Below, in pieces: positions 61,141 through 64,000 of a stretch of 64,000 bases of DNA (position 1 is the stretch's first letter; the number at the start of each line of letters is the position of its first letter). Where the stretch lies: the NCBI GenBank assembly GCA_945920215.1, contig CAMEJM010000009.1, positions 332 through 64,331 of the forward strand, written 5' to 3'. The notes under the pieces are model-generated. The model did not search any database. It saw nothing but the letters and a program-made list of their open reading frames with translations, and was not told the DNA's origin. The position numbers were made by a program, and so were the translations under genes. The stretch is from an uncultured bacterium. Its GTDB lineage: Bacteria > Bacillota > Clostridia > Oscillospirales > CAG-272.

Positions 61141-62940
61141 ATGATTAAAAAACTACTGGGCAGTGTGCGGGAATACAAGCGTGCCACGATCCTGACGGCG
61201 GTGCTCGTCGTTTTTGAGGTCGCCATCGACTGTATGCTTCCGTTCATCATTTCCAATCTTGTCAACAGAATCCAGCAGGGGTGCGATTATTCCGTGATTG
61301 TCAGATACGGGGTGCTTCTCGCGGTGCTGGCTGTTCTGTCGCTGCTGTTCGGCTCGGTTGCCGGGTCAACCTGCGCGACTGCCGCCTGCGGCTTCGGCAA
61401 GAATTTGCGCAAGGATTTGTATTACCGCGTGCAGGATTTCTCGTTTGAGGACATTGACCGCTTCTCCTCTTCCTCGCTCGTGACCCGTATGACGACAGAC
61501 GTGGTCAATGTGCAGAGTGCGTTCATGATGATTATCCGCACCGCGGTGCGCAGCCCGCTGATGATTCTCTTTTCCTTTATCATGGCGTTCGTCATGGGCG
61601 GCGCGTTGGCGGTCGTGTTTGTGGTGGTGATTCCCGTTCTGGGCTTCGGTCTGTATCTGATCATCCGCAAGGTCATGCCGCTGTTCAACAGCGTGTTCCG
61701 CAAGTACGACGCCGTAAATGAGTCCGTCGAGGAGAATATCCGCGGAATGCGCGTGGTGAAATCCTACGTGCGAGAGGATTATGAAAGCGACAAGTTCACC
61801 CGTGCGGCGAAGGGGTTGCAGAAGGACTTCACCCGTGCGGAGATCATTCTCGCTCTGAACAACCCTCTGATGCAGTTCTGTATGTACGCCATCATGCTGG
61901 TGGTGCTGTTCTTCGGCTCCTACCTTATCGTGAAATCCCGCGGCGGAGAGAACGGCGGGATAGGCGTCGGGCAGTTGTCCGGGATGCTGACTTACGGCAC
62001 GCAGATTCTGTTCAACCTGATGATGCTCTCCTTTGTGTTCGTCATGCTTGCCATCTCTGCCGAGTCCACCAGCCGTATTGCGGAGGTGCTGAATACCGAA
62101 AGCACGTTACATAGCCCCGCAAACGCATTGACGGAGGTGAAAGACGGCTCCATTGATTTTGACGGCGTGAGCTTCAAATACTCCGCTATCGCAGAGAAGA
62201 TGGCGCTGCGCGACATCGATCTGCATATCGCCTCCGGGGAGACCATCGGGATCATCGGCGGCACAGGCTCCTCCAAGACGACCCTGATTCAGTTGATTTC
62301 CCGCTTGTACGACGTCACCGAGGGGTGCGTGCGCGTGGGCGGAGAGGACGTCCGCCGTTATGATCTGACCACCTTGCGCGACAGCGTGGCGGTGGTACTC
62401 CAGAAGAATGTGCTTTTCTCCGGCACCATTGCCGAAAACCTGCGTTGGGGCAACCCCGACGCAACCGACGAGGAGCTGAAAGAAGCCTGCCGCTTAGCGC
62501 AGGCGGATGAATTCGTATCCCAGTTCCCGGACGGGTATCAGACCTATATCGAACAGGGCGGAACCAACGTATCCGGCGGGCAGAAGCAACGCCTGTGCAT
62601 TGCGCGGGCATTGCTCAAGCACCCGAAAATTCTGATTCTCGACGATTCCACCAGCGCGGTGGATACCAAGACCGACGCCCTGATCCGCCGCGGGCTTTCT
62701 CAGTACATCCCGGAGACAACCAAGCTGATCATCGCGCAGCGCCTGTCCTCGGTGCAGGACGCCGACAGGATTGTCATTATGGACAACGGTACGATTGCCG
62801 CGGTCGGCACGCATGAGCAGCTGATGGCGGGCAATGAGCTGTACCGCGAAATCTGGCATTCTCAGACCCGCGCGAGCAGCGCAGATGAAGCGGAAACTCC
62901 CGCCCCGTTGGAGCAGAGCGCAGAGGGAGGCGAACAGTGA
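61141..62940 (+). CDS. ABC exporter, fused permease/ATPase (heterodimer subunit A)
   Basis: 6-TM ABC_membrane domain, Walker A GGTGSSKTT, signature VSGGQKQR, Walker B ILILDDSTSAVD. Confidence 0.9.
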   Translation: MIKKLLGSVREYKRATILTAVLVVFEVAIDCMLPFIISNLVNRIQQGCDYSVIVRYGVLLAVLAVLSLLFGSVAGSTCATAACGFGKNLRKDLYYRVQDFSFEDIDRFSSSSLVTRMTTDVVNVQSAFMMIIRTAVRSPLMILFSFIMAFVMGGALAVVFVVVIPVLGFGLYLIIRKVMPLFNSVFRKYDAVNESVEENIRGMRVVKSYVREDYESDKFTRAAKGLQKDFTRAEIILALNNPLMQFCMYAIMLVVLFFGSYLIVKSRGGENGGIGVGQLSGMLTYGTQILFNLMMLSFVFVMLAISAESTSRIAEVLNTESTLHSPANALTEVKDGSIDFDGVSFKYSAIAEKMALRDIDLHIASGETIGIIGGTGSSKTTLIQLISRLYDVTEGCVRVGGEDVRRYDLTTLRDSVAVVLQKNVLFSGTIAENLRWGNPDATDEELKEACRLAQADEFVSQFPDGYQTYIEQGGTNVSGGQKQRLCIARALLKHPKILILDDSTSAVDTKTDALIRRGLSQYIPETTKLIIAQRLSSVQDADRIVIMDNGTIAAVGTHEQLMAGNELYREIWHSQTRASSADEAETPAPLEQSAEGGEQ

Positions 62941-64000
62941 TGCAGAACAAACCGAATAAAAAGCAGCCTGCAAAGGGCACGCTCCGGCGGCTGATGAAAG
63001 ATCTGTTTTCGTTCTATCCCAAGATGCTTCCGCTGACCGTCGCCCTGATTCTGTTCAGCGCGGTTTCCGCCGCCATTCCCGCCGTTTTCATGGAGAATGT
63101 CGTGACCGTGCTTGCGGACGCCGCCAAGACCGGGAACTGGGACTGGGGCGCCATCCGGGCGCAGATCCTGCCGATGCTGGGAATATTGGTCGCGATTTAT
63201 GCGGTTTCTCTGATTGCCAACTATCTCTATCACCGTATGCTGGCGGTGATGACGCAGGGGGCGCTGACGAAAATCCGTATCCGTATGTTTGACCGCATGC
63301 AGAGACTGCCCATCCGATACTTTGACACGCATAACTACGGGGACGTCATGAGCTGTTATACCAACGACACGGACACCCTCCGTCAGCTTATCGGAGAGAG
63401 CCTGCCGCAGATTCTCGTCTCTGCCGTCATTGTCATTTCCGTGTTCTGCATTATGATGTGGTACAGCGTGTGGCTGACCCTTGTGGTGGTGCTGGGCGTG
63501 ACCTTCATGACCCTGATCACCAAGCGGATCGGCGGCAAGTCGGGCAAGTACTTCCTGCTCCAGCAGAAGGGAATCGGCCGCACCGAGGGCTTTGTGGAGG
63601 AGATGATGAATGGGCAGAAGGTCATCAAGGTTTTCTGCCATGAAGAGCAGAGCAAAGCGGACTTTGACCGCCTCAACGATCGGCTTTGCGAGGATTCCAC
63701 CCGCGCAAATAAGTTCGCCAATATGCTCATGCCCATCCTGTTCAATATCGGCAATATCATGTATGTGCTGGTGGCTCTGGCCGGCGGCGCACTGCTCATT
63801 TCCGGCGTATGGAACCTGAGTATTGCCGGGCTGGCAGGCACCGCAGGCGCAACCCTGTCCATCAGTGTGGTGGTGGCGTATCTGAATATGACCAAGCAGT
63901 TTGCCGGCAATATCGGGCAGGTGTCCGGTCAGCTGAACCCCTTGATCATGGGTTTGGCGGGCGCGGGGCGCATTTACGCGCTGATCGACGAGATGCCGGA
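62940..64000 (+). CDS. ABC exporter, fused permease/ATPase (heterodimer subunit B); 3' end outside the window
   Basis: TGATG stop/start overlap with the upstream gene. TM domain with FDTHNYGDVMSCYTNDTDTLRQ, an ABC_membrane coupling motif. Not in the ORF track because it runs off the edge. Confidence 0.85.
   Translation, partial: MQNKPNKKQPAKGTLRRLMKDLFSFYPKMLPLTVALILFSAVSAAIPAVFMENVVTVLADAAKTGNWDWGAIRAQILPMLGILVAIYAVSLIANYLYHRMLAVMTQGALTKIRIRMFDRMQRLPIRYFDTHNYGDVMSCYTNDTDTLRQLIGESLPQILVSAVIVISVFCIMMWYSVWLTLVVVLGVTFMTLITKRIGGKSGKYFLLQQKGIGRTEGFVEEMMNGQKVIKVFCHEEQSKADFDRLNDRLCEDSTRANKFANMLMPILFNIGNIMYVLVALAGGALLISGVWNLSIAGLAGTAGATLSISVVVAYLNMTKQFAGNIGQVSGQLNPLIMGLAGAGRIYALIDEMP

Noticed and set aside
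60858-61265. 135-aa minus-strand ORF spanning the tandem repeats and the ABC promoter.
   Set aside because: It is an artefact of the repeat (it translates as FPRPSVSDFPRPS). It overlaps a strong plus-strand promoter and the real ABC gene start, and it has no RBS.

Overview
This is a GC-rich chromosomal segment (about 60% G+C judged by eye, not computed) from a Gram-positive anaerobe. Gene content and GGAGG-type ribosome-binding sites suggest a Clostridia/Oscillospiraceae-like gut bacterium, which is an inference. I support about 60 protein genes, one tRNA-Leu(CAG), and several promoters and terminators. I found no rRNA, CRISPR array, transposase or integrase.

Layout:
- 1-8.9 kb: envelope and sugar-salvage genes (MscS, a 969-aa surface protein, mutarotase, NahK, MBL hydrolase, DUF218).
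- 9.1-14.5 kb: a four-gene operon (RHH regulator, YdjI-like SPFH protein with three zinc ribbons, 4-TM protein, 1008-aa TIR-TM-LRR protein). This is my best candidate for an undescribed membrane-linked sensing or defence system.
- 14.6-32 kb: housekeeping genes (permease, SDR, galT, thioredoxin, CPBP protease, pnp-rpsO, pgsA, rimO, a J-domain/DUF5685 pair, an exonuclease).
- 32.9-47.4 kb: a compact phage-derived island with terS, terL, portal, scaffold, capsid, a 933-aa LRR-bearing structural protein and membrane proteins. It is bracketed by two repressors. I could not recognise an integrase, replication, lysis or tape-measure gene in it.
- 47.5-50.6 kb: CarD, tRNA-Leu, an EamA transporter and an RNHCP protein.
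- 51.1-59.9 kb: rex-adhE-kinase-ferredoxin-hydS-PP2C-hydA, a putative H2/redox-sensing fermentation cluster.
- 60-64 kb: a deacetylase and two ABC exporter genes.

All calls rest on reading motifs in the supplied translations and in the DNA. No database search was run. Start codons were refined by RBS inspection and are approximate.
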